Positions 27,534 to 42,846 are shown, counted from the first letter of the stretch. The stretch is DNA of 64,000 nt from Octopus vulgaris (GCA_951406725.2 OX597837.1:40672001-40736000), one strand, 5' to 3'. Translations and numbers: made by a program. The notes: generated by a model from the letters alone, not told the origin.

Positions 27534-28710
27534 CAGCAGCAGCAGCAATAGTAGTAGTAAGAGGAGGAGGAGGGAGGGAACTATGCTGGAAACTCTCACT
27601 TGTTGAACCTCGTTGTAACTTTGGCCATTACGAATAGTAAATTAAAAATACTAATAATTGGTTCATTAAAATATTTGGGTATTGTCGGTTATTTTCTTCC
27701 CTCAAGATAGCTTGCCTTCTACTTGCAGTATTATTACCATCATCTTTGTTACTCTAATTATTCCATGTATCGTTGACAATAAGATATAGCTGGTGTGCTG
27801 CAACTGGGCGTCTTGCACTGAAGAAGCGCAGTATGATGAAAAAACGTGGACATCCTAATCCCGGTTCTCGTTTGCTATAGTATGTGTGTGCTCTCAGTAC
27901 CGAACATTTATATCTGTGAACCTCACAAGTTGAATACCGCAGTATATAGAGATAGCCCCACACACAACACACAAAAACACACACGCAAACAAAGTGACAA
28001 GACTATTGAGTTAAGAGATTTGCCGGTGATTACAAATATGTGGTTGAGTTGGAGTGTTGGTTCAGCTGTCGATGCACAGACCCAAATGGGAGCGTATATT
28101 CACCGTAAGAATCACAGAGGAAGAATCTTTGGGGTGTCTAGTAAATCTTCACTGACCCACTAATGGATTGGATTTAGAGATAATGCATCAGTTTTTTTTA
28201 TTTTTGCTTTTTCTTCGAAAACCCCTGTATTTCTTGTTGTTGTATAAGTTGGTACATAACGTAATGCAAATATGACGAAGAGTACGAAGGAAAATTTATA
28301 GCCAGGGTACAAGAGCTGCAAGTTCCGCATTAATTCACCAGAAATGATCTCTTATTCCTGGACATTTGATGTTACATTTACATGAGCTGGGCGTATGACT
28401 TTTGTTCCCCATCCCACAGAACAATATCAGATTTATAATATTTATACCGAGTTTCTGTTTTAATTGGGGTGTTTACCAATATTCTTTGGTTTTAGAGGCG
28501 TGAATACCTGATATTTCTCACATGATTGTTATGTAAACATCAGAACAATCCTTCTTGCAGGTAGCGTTATAAATGGTCTTTGCAACTATAACATGCCACA
28601 TACATAGATGTATATATGTATGTACGTATGTATGTATGTATGTATGTATGTATGTATGTATGTATGTATGTATGTATGTATGTATGTATGTATGTATATA
28701 TGTATGTATG

Positions 28711-28744
<34 letters not shown>

Positions 28745-29042
28745 TGTATGTATGTATGTACGTATGTACGTATGTATGTATGTATGTATGCAGGTATGCA
28801 GTTATGTATGTGCGTACGCATGCATATATTATGTAACGCCTGCTTTCATTTGGAAACACGAGACAGCGGAACTTATCAACACTTTTTTTACAATTAGTTT
28901 ACACAGAACTGCAATCAACTAATTATCCAAATAAGCTATCTTATGTTAATTCTTAATTGCCAAATTTGCAAGTCAGTCACTTCTCAAGAGGAACACAAAT
29001 ATTGATGCATTGTCAAAGAATAACCATATTTATTATTATTAC

Positions 29043-29225
<183 letters not shown>

Positions 29226-29531
29226 CATCATTATTATTATCATCATCATTATTATTGGTATAATTATTTTCCTTCCTTATTGGCAATGTGATAATGACGT
29301 ATAAACATTATTCGTCTTGTTAATATTTTTAAGACTTTATGGTTTTGATTGCTTAATTTCTTTCTTTTGTTGTTGTTGTTGTTGTTGTTGTTGTTTTGTT
29401 TTCATTTATAAGTTAACCTAATTAGTATATTCTATCCAGGAAAAAAGACACCTGCATTGTCTCATGCGCCTGTATAACATACATACACACACATATACAT
29501 ACGTACATACATACATACATACATACATACA

Positions 29532-29567
<36 letters not shown>

Positions 29568-29693
29568 TATGCATATATAATATATATATGCACATATATA
29601 TACACATATACTCATATATATATATATATATATATGCATATATATATATATATATGCACATATATATGCATATATATATGCACACACACTCAT

Positions 29694-29766
<73 letters not shown>

Positions 29767-29866
29767 CAGCAATTTAACTGCGTGTGTATATATATATATT
29801 ATTTATATATGTATGTAAATTTGTATATATACATTATATATATATATATGCACAATATATATTTAT

Positions 29867-29937
<71 letters not shown>

Positions 29938-30147
29938 TGTTTTTATCTATAGAGTCAAACATGTAATTACCTGCTGAAAAGTAATGCATTTCTTTTGGAA
30001 GAACAGAAGAGAATATTTTGTATATGATTCAATTACTTGAGTCTGAACGTTCTAAATGAATACGTGAGTGTGTATCCTATACATACATGCATACACACAC
30101 ACACAAACACACACAAATACACAAATATATATACATGCATATATATA

Positions 30148-30191
<44 letters not shown>

Positions 30192-30533
30192 GTGTGTGTG
30201 TGTGTGTGTGTGTGTTTGTGTGTATACGTAAATATTTGAATGAGATATAGCGTAAAATATTTTTATCTCTCTTCGGCAGTAACTAGGCAACTGATTCTAA
30301 CTTTAAGTAGAATAACACACATATTTAATTGTGATGGCATGATGACATCATATGTATGTTAACTCGGTTTTAGTAAAACGTAATTGAGTCTCGTCATTTA
30401 TGAAACCGATGTATGTGTGTGTATAATTGTGCCTGCATGCGCATATATATTTTTATGCGAGTCTGCGTTTATATGTGTATATATATGTATCTATATATAT
30501 ATATATATATATATATTTATGTATGTATATATG

Positions 30534-30607
<74 letters not shown>

Positions 30608-30629
30608 TTCAGCAAAATTTAGATTCAGA

Positions 30630-30810
30630 TGAATATGGTACTTAAGTTAAAGACACCAGATTTTTGTATATATTATAAATTCTATATGTGGCTGAAGATT
30701 GCTCGACATTTTAAAACTCATGTAATACTTACAGTGTTAAATAAAATGAAGTAGCATGAAGCGATTGTACTTACTACACTACCTTCTTGGACATCCTTGT
30801 TGCTTATTTT

Positions 30811-30812
<2 letters not shown>
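30630..30812 (+). mobile_element. Penelope-like repeat with a degenerate long-helix-II hammerhead (30687-30774)
   Basis: Homologous to 49625-49790 (minus). UGUGG-CUGAAGA...GCAU-GAA-GCGAUUGU-A, with A15.1 mutated to G. Confidence 0.6.
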
Positions 30813-30855
<43 letters not shown>

Positions 30856-30860
<5 letters not shown>

Positions 30861-31211
30861 ACATCCTTTTGTCACGGGAGACAATGGATGGAGTTGCGCA
30901 TAAACTAATCCGGTTTTTACATTTCATGTCCTCTCCAGTTTTGCGCAGGCCTGGGCTAGGTGTAAGAAAATCCTGGGTAGCCAAATCGTCAGGACTCCTC
31001 TCTTGACTTTGCTGACGTAGTCCAAAGGAGAGCAGAGCATTACGTTTGGCACCAGCTTGGCTGCAGGAGCTGTCGGAAGAGCGTCGAGCCGAACACTAAA
31101 CCGTCTACGGGGTTCCACTCCGGACTTCTTTGAAGTTTGTCTCCTTTCCGTAACCATAGATAGGGGCCCATACCGGGTACTGTCAATCGGAGGCAGCTGA
31201 GCCAGTGACTC

Positions 31212-31212
<1 letters not shown>
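30856..31212 (+). mobile_element. RTE-clade 5' UTR-like non-autonomous element in (TA)n
   Basis: GTTTGGCACCAGCTTGGCTGCAGGAGCTG resembles the motif I recall from RTE 5' UTRs. A related motif (CTGGCACCAGTGACGTC) lies at 33549. Confidence 0.45.
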
Positions 31213-31301
<89 letters not shown>

Positions 31302-31336
31302 CAGCATATATAAGTGTATGTAGATATATACATTAT

Positions 31337-31405
<69 letters not shown>

Positions 31406-31554
31406 AAGCAGACAATAAGTTTGAAATCTCTGTTGGTATGTAGTTTGATGTTACTGGAAATAACATTTAAAGTAAACATTTGCTCCTACACTTGTATTGA
31501 GTTCTTGTATTATATTCAGTCCATGTTCATCTACCCTTTCCTGCCTGAGAAACA

Positions 31555-31735
<181 letters not shown>

Positions 31736-32216
31736 ATATATATTCACCAACACCACCACAACTAACACCACTACTACCACCACCACTAACACCACTATTG
31801 CTATCTCAACGACGACCAGCGCCACCACCAACAGCAGCATCAACACGAGCAACATATTGTGTTTTGTGCTGGAATCCATAACGCCATAATTGATAAATAT
31901 TGATCTGTGCAATATATTGGCTTACGATGGCAATGATATCAAGGCACCCGTCTAATATGATGTGATAAGAATGAAATAAATATATTACATTATATTATAA
32001 CTATATTATAACACGAGCTTCTGTGAATACGGCGGTGGTGAAAGTCACGTCAGAGGAATGATAGAGCTGATTAAATTACCATCTTTAGTTACAATGCTGT
32101 TATAATAATTTTATAATAAGTTATAATGTGTTATAGAATTAGCAGCTATGGCACACGTATTAGAATACACGGTGTTGGTGAGTGTTTAGGTATATTTTAT
32201 CATTGTGGCCATACCT

Positions 32217-32755
32217 AGTGGAGACACGTGGCTTAATGGTTACGAACGTGAGTTCGATACCCGTTGAAGGCGTTCGATATTCGAGGGAGGCGTTTTATTT
32301 CACATTGTTCCAGTCTCATTCAGCTGGCATTTAAAATTAGCAGTACCTGTAATTCAAAGGGTGGGGCCAGTCTTATCACATTCGGTGTCACGATGAATCT
32401 CCCTGTGAACTACGTTAAGTGTACATACGTCTGCGGAGTGTTCAGCCACTTGCTGTACGTTAATTTCACGAGCAGGCTGTTCCGATGATCAAATCAACTG
32501 GAACCCGCATCGTCGTGACCGACGGAGTATCATTTTACTTTACGTTGCTCCAGTCTACTCAGCTACCAAAAATGAGTAGTACCTGTATTTCAAGGGACCA
32601 GCCTTGTCACATCCTATGTCACGCTGAGTCTCTCGGAGAAGTACATGAAGGAGTACGCGTGTCTGTGGAGAGCTCAGCCACTTACACGTTAATTTCACGA
32701 GCAGGCTGTTCCGTTGATTGGATCAACTGGGACCCTCGTCGTCATAACCGTACTG
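32217..32755 (+). mobile_element. Two tandem diverged CORE-type SINE copies sharing the family B 3' tail
   Basis: TTAATTTCACGAGCAGGCTGTTCCG is repeated at about 32460 and about 32689, each time preceded by a CORE-like CCAGTC..CTCAGCT. Confidence 0.75.
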
Positions 32756-32967
32756 ACGAACGAGTCGACCCTAATACTTAATTTCTTAGGTGTGTGTGTG
32801 AGTATATGTGTGTGTGTATGTATATATATGTATGCGTGTGTGTGTCTGTGTGTGTGTTTGTGTGTGTGTATGTTTGTATATGTGTGTGTTTGTGTGTGAG
32901 TGTGTGTGAGTGTGTATGTGTGTGTGTATGTATATATGGTATATATGGTAAAGTGTATGTATATGGA

Positions 32968-33348
32968 TGGAAGCACTCCGTCGGTTACGACGACGAGGGT
33001 TCCGGTTGATCCGATCAACGGAACAGCCTGCTCGTGAAATTAACGTGTAAGTGGCTGAGCACTCCACAGACACGTGTACCTTTAACGTAGTTCTCGGGGA
33101 TATTCAGCGTGACACAGAGAGTGACAAGGCCGGCCCTTTGAAATACAGGTACAACAGAAACAGGAAGTAAGAGTGAGAGAAATTTGTGGTGAAAGAGTAC
33201 AGCAGGGATCACCACCATCCCTGCCGGAGCCTCGTGGAGCTTTAGGTGTTTTCGCTCAATAAACACTCACAACGCCCGGTCTGGGAATCGAAACCGCGAT
33301 CCTACGACCGCGAGTCCGCTGCCCTAACCACTGGGCCATTGCGCCTCC
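32968..33348 (-). mobile_element. SINE family B, full length
   Basis: Reverse complement of 14254-14637 with few differences. Confidence 0.9.
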
Positions 33349-33574
33349 GTATGTATATATATATATATATACGTAATGGTAAGACCTCCTTCGATCATGA
33401 ATGACATCGGATTGCTCCAAGAAAGTTATTCTCCGTGGAACAAGTCCGGGCAAGGTTGTTTATGGAAGACCAGCAGTCGCCCATGCATACCAGCCTTCCT
33501 TCTCCATGCCACTAATGTTATGCAAGGGAAAGCAAAGGACGATAAAGCCTGGCACCAGTGACGTCACTGAGTGC

Positions 33575-33797
33575 GTCGCTCTGGGCCGGAAGCATCCGAA
33601 TTAGTCTTGTGGAACCCATTTCATGATGATGTTTGAAAGGTAAAAACATTGTCACACTTATATCAAAAACTTGATTGCAGACACTGGCCTGGAATGTATT
33701 CAGGACCTCGAGGCAGTAACATTAGATCGAGAAGTGTGTGGCGGGTTGACTGTTGCTGCGACCCGGGTTGGAACTCGGCCATAGTAATAATAATGAT
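33575..33797 (+). mobile_element. RTE-X-like LINE 3' end remnant
   Basis: LVLWNPFH...TYIKNLIADTGLECIQDLEAVTLDREV..., then a stop and a (TAA)n tail. Resembles the RTE-X C-terminal pattern LVLWxP..TYIxxL..DTGL..L..DR. Confidence 0.6.
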
Positions 33798-34325
33798 TAT
33801 AGGTAAGGACAGGCATGCAAGCCAAAACTGAAGATAGCGAATTTAACTTTTTTTACCAACGTCTCCTCTTCTGAGAATCGAACACTGAATCTGGTGCATT
33901 TCAGAGCCAGCACTTGCAGTTCTTCCTTCCGATTCAGCCTTCTGGCTCCCATCACTCGTAAATACGGCCCCGAGATACTAAGCATCTTCACTTGTCTCGG
34001 TGATGTTTCACTCACATACAGAGTGCTCTTGAGTAATTTTTAACGAAGTCTAAATATTCGATGATGTAAAGCAAAAGTAAAGCTGTATTATATGATGGGT
34101 TTATCACAGTTAAAATACTGTGCGATTATATACGATGACAAGCTGCCATATTAACGTCACATTAACTTATAATGCTTCGGGGAAAGGAAAGGAAATGGCT
34201 ACTTTCGCGTCAACAGAATCTTTGTCGCAGGAAATAAATATAAGCGAAAAGAAAACGAATGCAGCAAAATTTGGTGCGTAAGTGGAATTGGTTGAGCGGA
34301 TTGCAGTATTTGTTTTTCTTTAACC

Positions 34326-35017
34326 CTAGGACTCACAGGATCAGTTACCTGGTTTTCGCTTCTTGTAAATGACACAGATCACAACATTGCCCCTAAAAGG
34401 GAGGCCGGTATGTTGCAGGGTATAAATCTGGTAATTTTGAGAGGCGGAGCAAGTGGATTATATCGACCCCAATACAGGAATGGTACATTTTATTTTAAGG
34501 TTTTGAAGTTATCTCTACAGTTAATTCAGGTCGATATAATCAATAATACAATTCTCTAGGACACATAGGATCACTTACCTGGTTTCCACGGCTTGTAAAT
34601 GACACAGATCACAACATTCCCCCTAAACGGGAGGCCGGTGTGTTGCAGGGTATAAATCTGGTAATTTTGAGAGGCGGAGCAAGTGGATTATATCGACCCC
34701 AATACAGGAATGGTACATTTTATTTTAAGGTTTTGAAGTTATCTCTACAGTTAATTCAGGTCGATATAATCAATAATACAATTCTCTAGGACACATAGGA
34801 TCACTTACCTGGTTTCCACGGCTTGTAAATGACACAAATCACAACGTTTCCCCTAAAAGGGAGGCCGGTATGTTGCAGGGTATAAATCCGGTAATTTTGA
34901 GAGGAGGGGCAAATTGATTATATCGACCCCAATACAGGAACGGTACTTTTTATTTTAACACTTTTTGAAGTTATCTGTACAGTTAATTCAGGTCGATATA
35001 ATCGATAATACAGTTCT
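34326..35017. repeat. Tandem triplication with a 230 bp unit
   Basis: Units start with CTAGG at 34326, 34556 and 34786, and are built from decayed SINE pieces. Confidence 0.95.
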
Positions 35018-35097
35018 ATAATAAGAGATGAGGAATTATGTACATTATTTACATTATTTACAATTGACGGATATTTGTCCTCATCTTGTTTGTTGGT

Positions 35098-35143
35098 AAT
35101 ACAACGTTTCGGTTGATATACCCTCCAGCCATCATCAGGTGTC
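35098..35143 (-). ncRNA. Minimal type I hammerhead in a Penelope-like terminal repeat (about 35010-35147)
   Basis: GACAC-CUGAUGA-U-GGCUG...CAACC-GAA-ACGU-U-GUAUU. One mismatch each in helices I and II. Confidence 0.6.
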
Positions 35144-35340
35144 TTGGCTCCGTGGCCCATCAACGACTTGCGAGTGAATTTGGTAGACAGAAAGCTTTGT
35201 AGAAGACCACCGCGTGTATGCGTATGAGTGTGTGTGTGTGTGTATGTGTGTGTGTGCGCGTGCGTGTTTGTGTGTGTGTATGTGTGTATGTATGCATGTA
35301 TGTGAGATTGTATATATGTATGTATGTATATGTGGTGTAT

Positions 35341-35623
35341 TCTAGCCGGCTCTTTTTGCGCAAACAGCACGCGCATTTTTCTCGCGTACGCATAGTATCG
35401 ATCGCAACAGCTGATGTACTTGCGCGTACAAATGTACTTCCACGGCTTTATCGATCGCATTCTTACCTTGAATCGATTTTGTAATTTTTTCAAAAACTAT
35501 ACACGCCCTGATACCGTCGATATCTACATATCAAATTTGAGCGCAATCAGATGGAAGATGCCTGAGATCCTAGAAGACACACAGACAGACAGAACGGATT
35601 TTATATAATATATATATATATAG
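35341..35623 (+). mobile_element. Non-autonomous Helitron-like element
   Basis: Starts TCTAG and ends with CAAATTTGAGCGCAATC...(ACAG)n..TTTTATATA..TAG. This architecture is typical of short Helitron/HINE elements. Confidence 0.5.
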
Positions 35624-35661
35624 TAATCGATGTGTACAGTATTATATATCCATTAGGGCCG

Positions 35662-35744
35662 ATCTCACCTATCGGTTTCGTGGTAGGGATTCAACGGAGT
35701 GTTAGATAACAGTCCGATTATGTAACCCTGCGCTCATCAGAGGT
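35662..35744 (-). ncRNA. Degenerate hammerhead with long helix II
   Basis: ACCU-CUGAUGA-GCG..AGGGUU..CGGA.UGUUA UC UAACA.UCCG..AUCCCU..CAC-GAA-ACC GAUA GGU-G-AGAU. Position 17 is G, which is non-permissive. Confidence 0.55.
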
Positions 35745-35772
35745 AGCTGTTATGGAATGAAAAATAATGGTT

Positions 35773-35851
<79 letters not shown>

Positions 35852-36419
35852 TCGAAAGTTTCACCATCATTCTATAAAGTACAAATAGCAAAATTATATA
35901 CACATGAATTACGGAAGACAGACGTGAAAGGCCCACACTAATACACACGCATACAAACACACACATACAAACACACACACACACACACACACGTCAACAC
36001 CAAAGACACACACATACACAGACACATCCATACATACAGCTACTGTAGCGGTAAGAATCCTTTCCCTTGCGCTCTCTCCATCTTTCTCCCACTTTCTTTT
36101 TCTCCCTATTTCTCTATTTCTCTATCTATATCTCTTCATCTCCCGCTCTGTCTGTATGTATCTTTCTCTCTCTCAGAATATCCTGGAACAACGAAGCAGA
36201 AAACTTGCCAAAATTCCTTTAACTCTTTCGCGTCTTTTCCCATTTTCATCTGCGATACGTGACAAAAGGGGGAAAAAAAATTGAGTGAAAACAATTTTTC
36301 ACAATAAATCTCTCATATCACTTTACGTTGAGATGAACATAATGATGCATAAGTTACTTAGTAAATAATAATAATTATATAGACGACGACCATGATGATG
36401 AAGATGATGATGGTGATGG

Positions 36420-36455
<36 letters not shown>

Positions 36456-36463
36456 CGACCATG

Positions 36464-36494
<31 letters not shown>

Positions 36495-36937
36495 CGATGA
36501 TGATGATGATGGTGATGGTGATGGTGGTAATGGTGATGGTGATGGTGATGATGACGATGATGACGATGATGACGATGATGATGGTGATGATGGTGAGGGT
36601 GATGGCGATGATAATGATGATGATGATGTTGATGGTGATGATGATGATGATGATGATGATGGTCATAGTGATGGTGATGATGATGATGATGAAGATATTG
36701 ATGGTGATGGTGATGGTGATGATGATGACGATGATGATGATGATGATGGTGATGATGATGGTGATGGCGATGGTGATGATATGCATTAACACGATTAATA
36801 TACATAGCTATGCGTACATATATGTACAGATATAGATAAATAATATAGATAGGCAGACAGGCAGGGGGACAGACAGACAGACAGATGAATATATACATAC
36901 AAGCATATCATGCATCCTTAATTCTATATGCACACCC

Positions 36938-36973
<36 letters not shown>

Positions 36974-37359
36974 CACACAGGCACACACATACACACACAC
37001 ACACAATTATATATTCATGCTTCTATTCGTATCTATGCATATGTGAGTATATATATATGCATGTGTGTGTGCGAACGTATGTGTATGTATATATATATAT
37101 GTACGTATGTGTGTATACATATACGTATATATATACGTATACATATACGTATATATACATATACGTATATAAATATGTGAATATGTATGTGTATTATGTT
37201 TGTGTAAATATATATATATATATGTGTGTGTGTGTATATGTATATATTTACAGGGTAACACTGTATAGAGGTGCGTATTTAAATCATTCAATTATTCCCA
37301 CTTTATAAAGATATATATATATATATACACGTATATATAGACACATATGTATATAGACG

Positions 37360-37390
<31 letters not shown>

Positions 37391-37414
37391 ATGTATATAT
37401 ATATATACATATAC

Positions 37415-37462
<48 letters not shown>

Positions 37463-37550
37463 GTACGTGGTATATAAATATACCTATATATATATATATG
37501 TGTGTGTATATATGTATATATGTATATATATATATACGCATATATGTATA

Positions 37551-37590
<40 letters not shown>

Positions 37591-37645
37591 CATATATATG
37601 CACACACATGCATACGTAAGTGCGTGCACGCATGCATATTTAAAC

Positions 37646-37737
<92 letters not shown>

Positions 37738-38041
37738 ATATACATGCGTCTCCACAGGCATCTGTGTTTCCACAAAGCTAAATATTTACGTTCTTGCATA
37801 TTAATACGAAAATAACTCCATCACTCGGCATACAATTACCAACCTACTTTGCTTTGCAGAATATAATGCGTGGAAATATAAGTGTTTATGTATGTATGTA
37901 TGAATGTATGTATGTATGTATGTTTGTATGTTTGTATGTATGTATGTATGTTTGTATGTATGTATGTATGTATGTATGTATGTATCTAACTATCTAAGCA
38001 TGTACGAATACATAATACATACATAATACATATATATATAT

Positions 38042-38106
<65 letters not shown>

Positions 38107-38261
38107 AATATATATACAAACATGCATACATACATACATGCATACATACATACATACATATATGTATATGTTATATACATATATCGTTCACTTGTTCAGA
38201 TTGTGGCAATGCGGAGAAAGATAGAGAGATACACACAAGCGCGTGGGCATGCGCGCACATA

Positions 38262-38362
<101 letters not shown>

Positions 38363-38530
38363 AATATAGTTATATATATATATATACATATATATATAAC
38401 ACATACACACATACATATAAACACATATATGTATTGTGTATATTCATATACAGTATATACTTATATTATATATATATATATATGAATGCATGATTATAGA
38501 TATATACAAACATATATATATATGTTTACG

Positions 38531-38562
<32 letters not shown>

Positions 38563-38566
38563 CGAC

Positions 38567-38697
<131 letters not shown>

Positions 38698-39167
38698 TAA
38701 TATATATTCCAATGAGACAAAATTGCTTTAAAATAAAGTCTATATACAAAAGAAAAAAAACCAATTCGTCCTTCCATAATAAATATATTAAACATTATAT
38801 ATAATAGCAAAAAAATCGAACTAAAACACGAACAAACAATCTACCATTCATTTCCTGAATGACAAAAAACTTTACGAAAATAAAATAGATTTTGGATAGT
38901 TTGTATTAAATCTAGAGAAAGTCTCTTTTAAAAACCATAATTTTAATGTTTTCTTACGGAAAACTAGAAATGTATTTTGTAAAGTCTTCAGCATTGGTTA
39001 AGTGGGGAAAAGCAACATTGAAAAGATACGTGCGTCGAGATTTCAGAAGACATATTTTTTTGTTTTTCTCTAATTTTCTTCAGATTTGTTTCAAAACCAG
39101 GAGGAAGTTTGTACTGCTCGCGCACAAAGACGCTTACAGATTAATGCATATGCTATGTACACACATT

Positions 39168-39227
<60 letters not shown>

Positions 39228-39388
39228 CGTGTGTGTGTATGAATGCACGCGCGTACACACACAGACGCATATGTATATGCACATATATATGCATCTATAT
39301 ATGTGTGTATATGTGGCTGTGTAGTAAGGAGGTAGGTTCCCAACCACATGGACCCGGGTTTCTGAATATTGACCCGTCATAATCGTGT

Positions 39389-39417
<29 letters not shown>

Positions 39418-39421
<4 letters not shown>

Positions 39422-39917
39422 CATAAGGGACATTAGCCAACTGAATATGGCTAGGGACAGGGCAGGGTGGTGGGGGTGTCACTGTTGCATTTAGCCCCAG
39501 GCGAACATCAACGTCACCAGATAGGCCGACATAATCACGGCGTCCTCTATCTTGCAAAGGGAGATCATTCCCCAAGAAGCGGATGCCACACACGGACCTA
39601 GGTTTCAAGGTGTATTGCCTATTATCAACGTGTGGTAGGCACCGCTTCTCGACGAACGACACACCGTGCAAGATATATATAAAGATTTTCAAGTAAATAC
39701 ATTTACTGATAATAGGCAATACACCTTGAAACCTAGGTCCGTGTGTGGCATCCGCTTCTTGGGGAATGATCTCCCTTTGCAAGATAGAGGACGCCGTGAT
39801 GGCGTCGGCCTATCTGGTGACGTTGATGTTCGCCTGGGGCTAAATGCAACAGTGACACCCCCACCACCCTTACCCTGTCCCTAGCCATATTCAGTTGGCT
39901 AATGTCCCTTATGTTAT
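39418..39917. mobile_element. Fold-back element with 210 bp arms (39418-39627 and 39707-39917, about 5 differences) and a 79 bp spacer, carrying a hammerhead
   Basis: Direct reverse-complement match of the arms. The left end abuts (TA)n. Confidence 0.9.
39589..39634 (-). ncRNA. Type I hammerhead with U3-A8 covariation
   Basis: CACACG-UUGAUAA-U-AGG CAAUACA CCU-U-GAA-ACCUAGGU-C-CGUGUG. Helix I is a perfect 6 bp, helix III is palindromic, and the triplet is GUC. Confidence 0.75.
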
Positions 39918-40257
39918 GGAGCAGTCACTGTCTATATCTCATTTAGAGAATTATTATTGCTATATATATATATATATATATATATATAATGTAATTTAGA
40001 TTCAGTTGACTTAAATACTTAAATAGAAGCACCTTGTTAGGACGAACTAATTTACACACTCTGACAACATAAGGTGAGTATCAAACTCTACACAGAGTAT
40101 TGTTTCACCTGATATCTCGCAGTGTGGAGGCACAAGGCCCAGTGTTTAGAGCAGCGGGTTGTGGTTGAGGGATCGCGTGTTTTAATCTAATTATGCTAGA
40201 CGTCGACCCCCTATAGTCTTACCACTAATAAAGGAATGTTCTCAAGAAAATTTAGCA

Positions 40258-40788
40258 AATGAAAGGATGAAAGGCAAAGTCGACCTCGGTGGAATTTGAA
40301 CACGGAATGTGAAGACGAATGAACTGCCTCTAAGCTTTCTCCCGGCGTTCTAACGATTCTGCCACCTCGTTGCTTTAATAATAACAGTAATGGTTTCAAA
40401 TGTTACCACAAGGGCAGCAATTTGGCGGGGAGTGGATGAGTCGATTAGATCAGCCACAGTGCATAACTGGTACTTATTTTATCGACTTTGAAAGGATAAA
40501 AGGTAAAGTCGACCTCGACGGAATTTGAACTCAGAACGTAGCAGCAGACGAAATACCTATTTCTTTACTACCCACAAGGGGCTAAACATAGAGAGGACAA
40601 ACAAGGACAGACAAACGGATTAAGTCGATTACATCGACTTCAGTGCGTAAATGGTACTTATTTAATCGACCCCGAAAGGATGAAAGGCAAATTCGACCTC
40701 GGCGGAATTTGAACTCAGAATGCAACGGCAGACGAAATACCGCTAAGCATTTCGCCCGACGTGCTAACGTTTCTGCTAGCTCGCCGCC
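40258..40788 (-). mobile_element. Cluster of Meta/MESC-domain SINE copies ending at (TAA)n
   Basis: Three occurrences of GAAAGGATRAAAGGYAAAKTCGACCTC. A head (AGGCGGCGAGCTAGCAGAAAC) lies on the minus strand at about 40788. Confidence 0.85.
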
Positions 40789-40812
40789 TGAATAATAATA
40801 ATAATAATAATG

Positions 40813-40906
<94 letters not shown>

Positions 40907-41222
40907 CAACAGCAGTAACAACAGCAATCATTAAAGCAACAATAACAACAGCAAAAACAGTAACAACAACAACATCAACAATAATCTCAAGCACCTCACA
41001 GAAACTTTGCCACTGCCATTAGCGAAGATAAACCAAAAACAAAAATAAAATATCAACAAACAAATTGTTTATGTTTCAGTCCTTTGTTGTGAATCTCTAC
41101 TGATTAAAGAAGAAAAACCAAGACGGCGGTGTGCAGGGGGATAACAACAATGATAACAACAACAATAACAACAACAACACAGCCATCCTCTCTCTTAGCA
41201 AAGACCTGGATTAATCACAGAA

Positions 41223-41288
<66 letters not shown>

Positions 41289-41635
41289 GCCTCTTTCTGT
41301 CTCTCTCTCTTTCTCTCTTTCTCTCTCTCTTTGATGTTGAATATTTAGATAGATTTAAAGTAATTAACATCATTATCATATTTATTTGAAAATGAGTTTT
41401 TTTTTTTCTTCCTTTCTTAATTAACTGTTCGGTGATTGGTTTGTTATATGATTAGGTCGTTGATTATGTTTTGTTTGGGTGGATGGATGTTGGCTGGCTT
41501 GTTTGTTTGTTTGTTGGGTGGCTGGGTGCCTGGGTGGATAGATGGATGGATGGATGGATGGATGGAGGGATGCATAAATAGACTGACAGACAGACAGACG
41601 ATCGGACAGATAGACTGATAGATGGGTGGATGGAC

Positions 41636-41680
<45 letters not shown>

Positions 41681-41845
41681 GGCATACATGCAGACAGACA
41701 GACAGACAGATAGATATATATATATATAGATAGATAGATAGTGTTAGATAGATAGTTAGAGAGAGAGGTGTATAAATAGACAGATAGATAGAGCGAGAGA
41801 GAGAGAGGCATACAGGCAGACAGATAAATAGATAGAGAGAGAGAG

Positions 41846-41888
<43 letters not shown>

Positions 41889-41889
41889 C

Positions 41890-42028
<139 letters not shown>

Positions 42029-42846
42029 CAGATAAAGATAGATACATAGATAGATACATAGATAGATAGATATATATATATATAGATAGATAGATAGATA
42101 GACAGACAGACTGACGGACGGACGGACGGACGGACGGATGGACGGACGGATGGACGGATGGATGGATTCTTGGGTGGATGGATGGATGGTTGTTTGGTTG
42201 GTCGGTTTGTTGGTTGATAAGGGGATTATATTTAGACTTTGCATAAATCTTAAGTCTACAAAGCTGAGAGTTTCTTCATAAAATACTCAAATCCGATGCC
42301 CTTAGAACAAACTCACCACAAGACCACAAGTTCACAGAGAAGTTCACAAGATCAGAACAAGTTCAGAACAATTTAGAAGATCAGAACAGGATTATAATAA
42401 GTTCACAAAATGATTACAACATGATCGATAACAACGAAGCAAAATCACAATGGGATTTCAAGACGGACACTATTTCGCAAGATTCTTTTATACTCTAAGC
42501 CCAAGGCCCGAAATTTGGGGGGAGGGGGCAGGTCGATCAAATCGACCCCGGTATGCAATTGTTACTTAACTTATCGACCCCGGAAGGATGACAGGCAAAG
42601 TTTTTACGCTAACTACTTGATAAATTCTTATAAAGATTTTATCCTATTTTTAAATTGTAAATTTAACCGGAATATATTCAGTGGTGAATTTTATTCTGAA
42701 TAAACATGTGTACCGAAATGTAATTTGAAAAGCATGCCTCTTACATAGATATATAAGGGTGAACAATTCTATGTACTATACTGGATACATTTGGTGTTCG
42801 TCTGGTATTTTGATTTTTTCTTCATTTTTATGAGTCTTCAATTATG

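Noticed and set aside
39462-39560. Pistol-ribozyme resemblance (GTTGC..TTAGCCCCAGGCG)
   Set aside because: It lacks the A-rich linker and the GU cleavage junction between P3 and P2. The wobble pattern favours the opposite strand.
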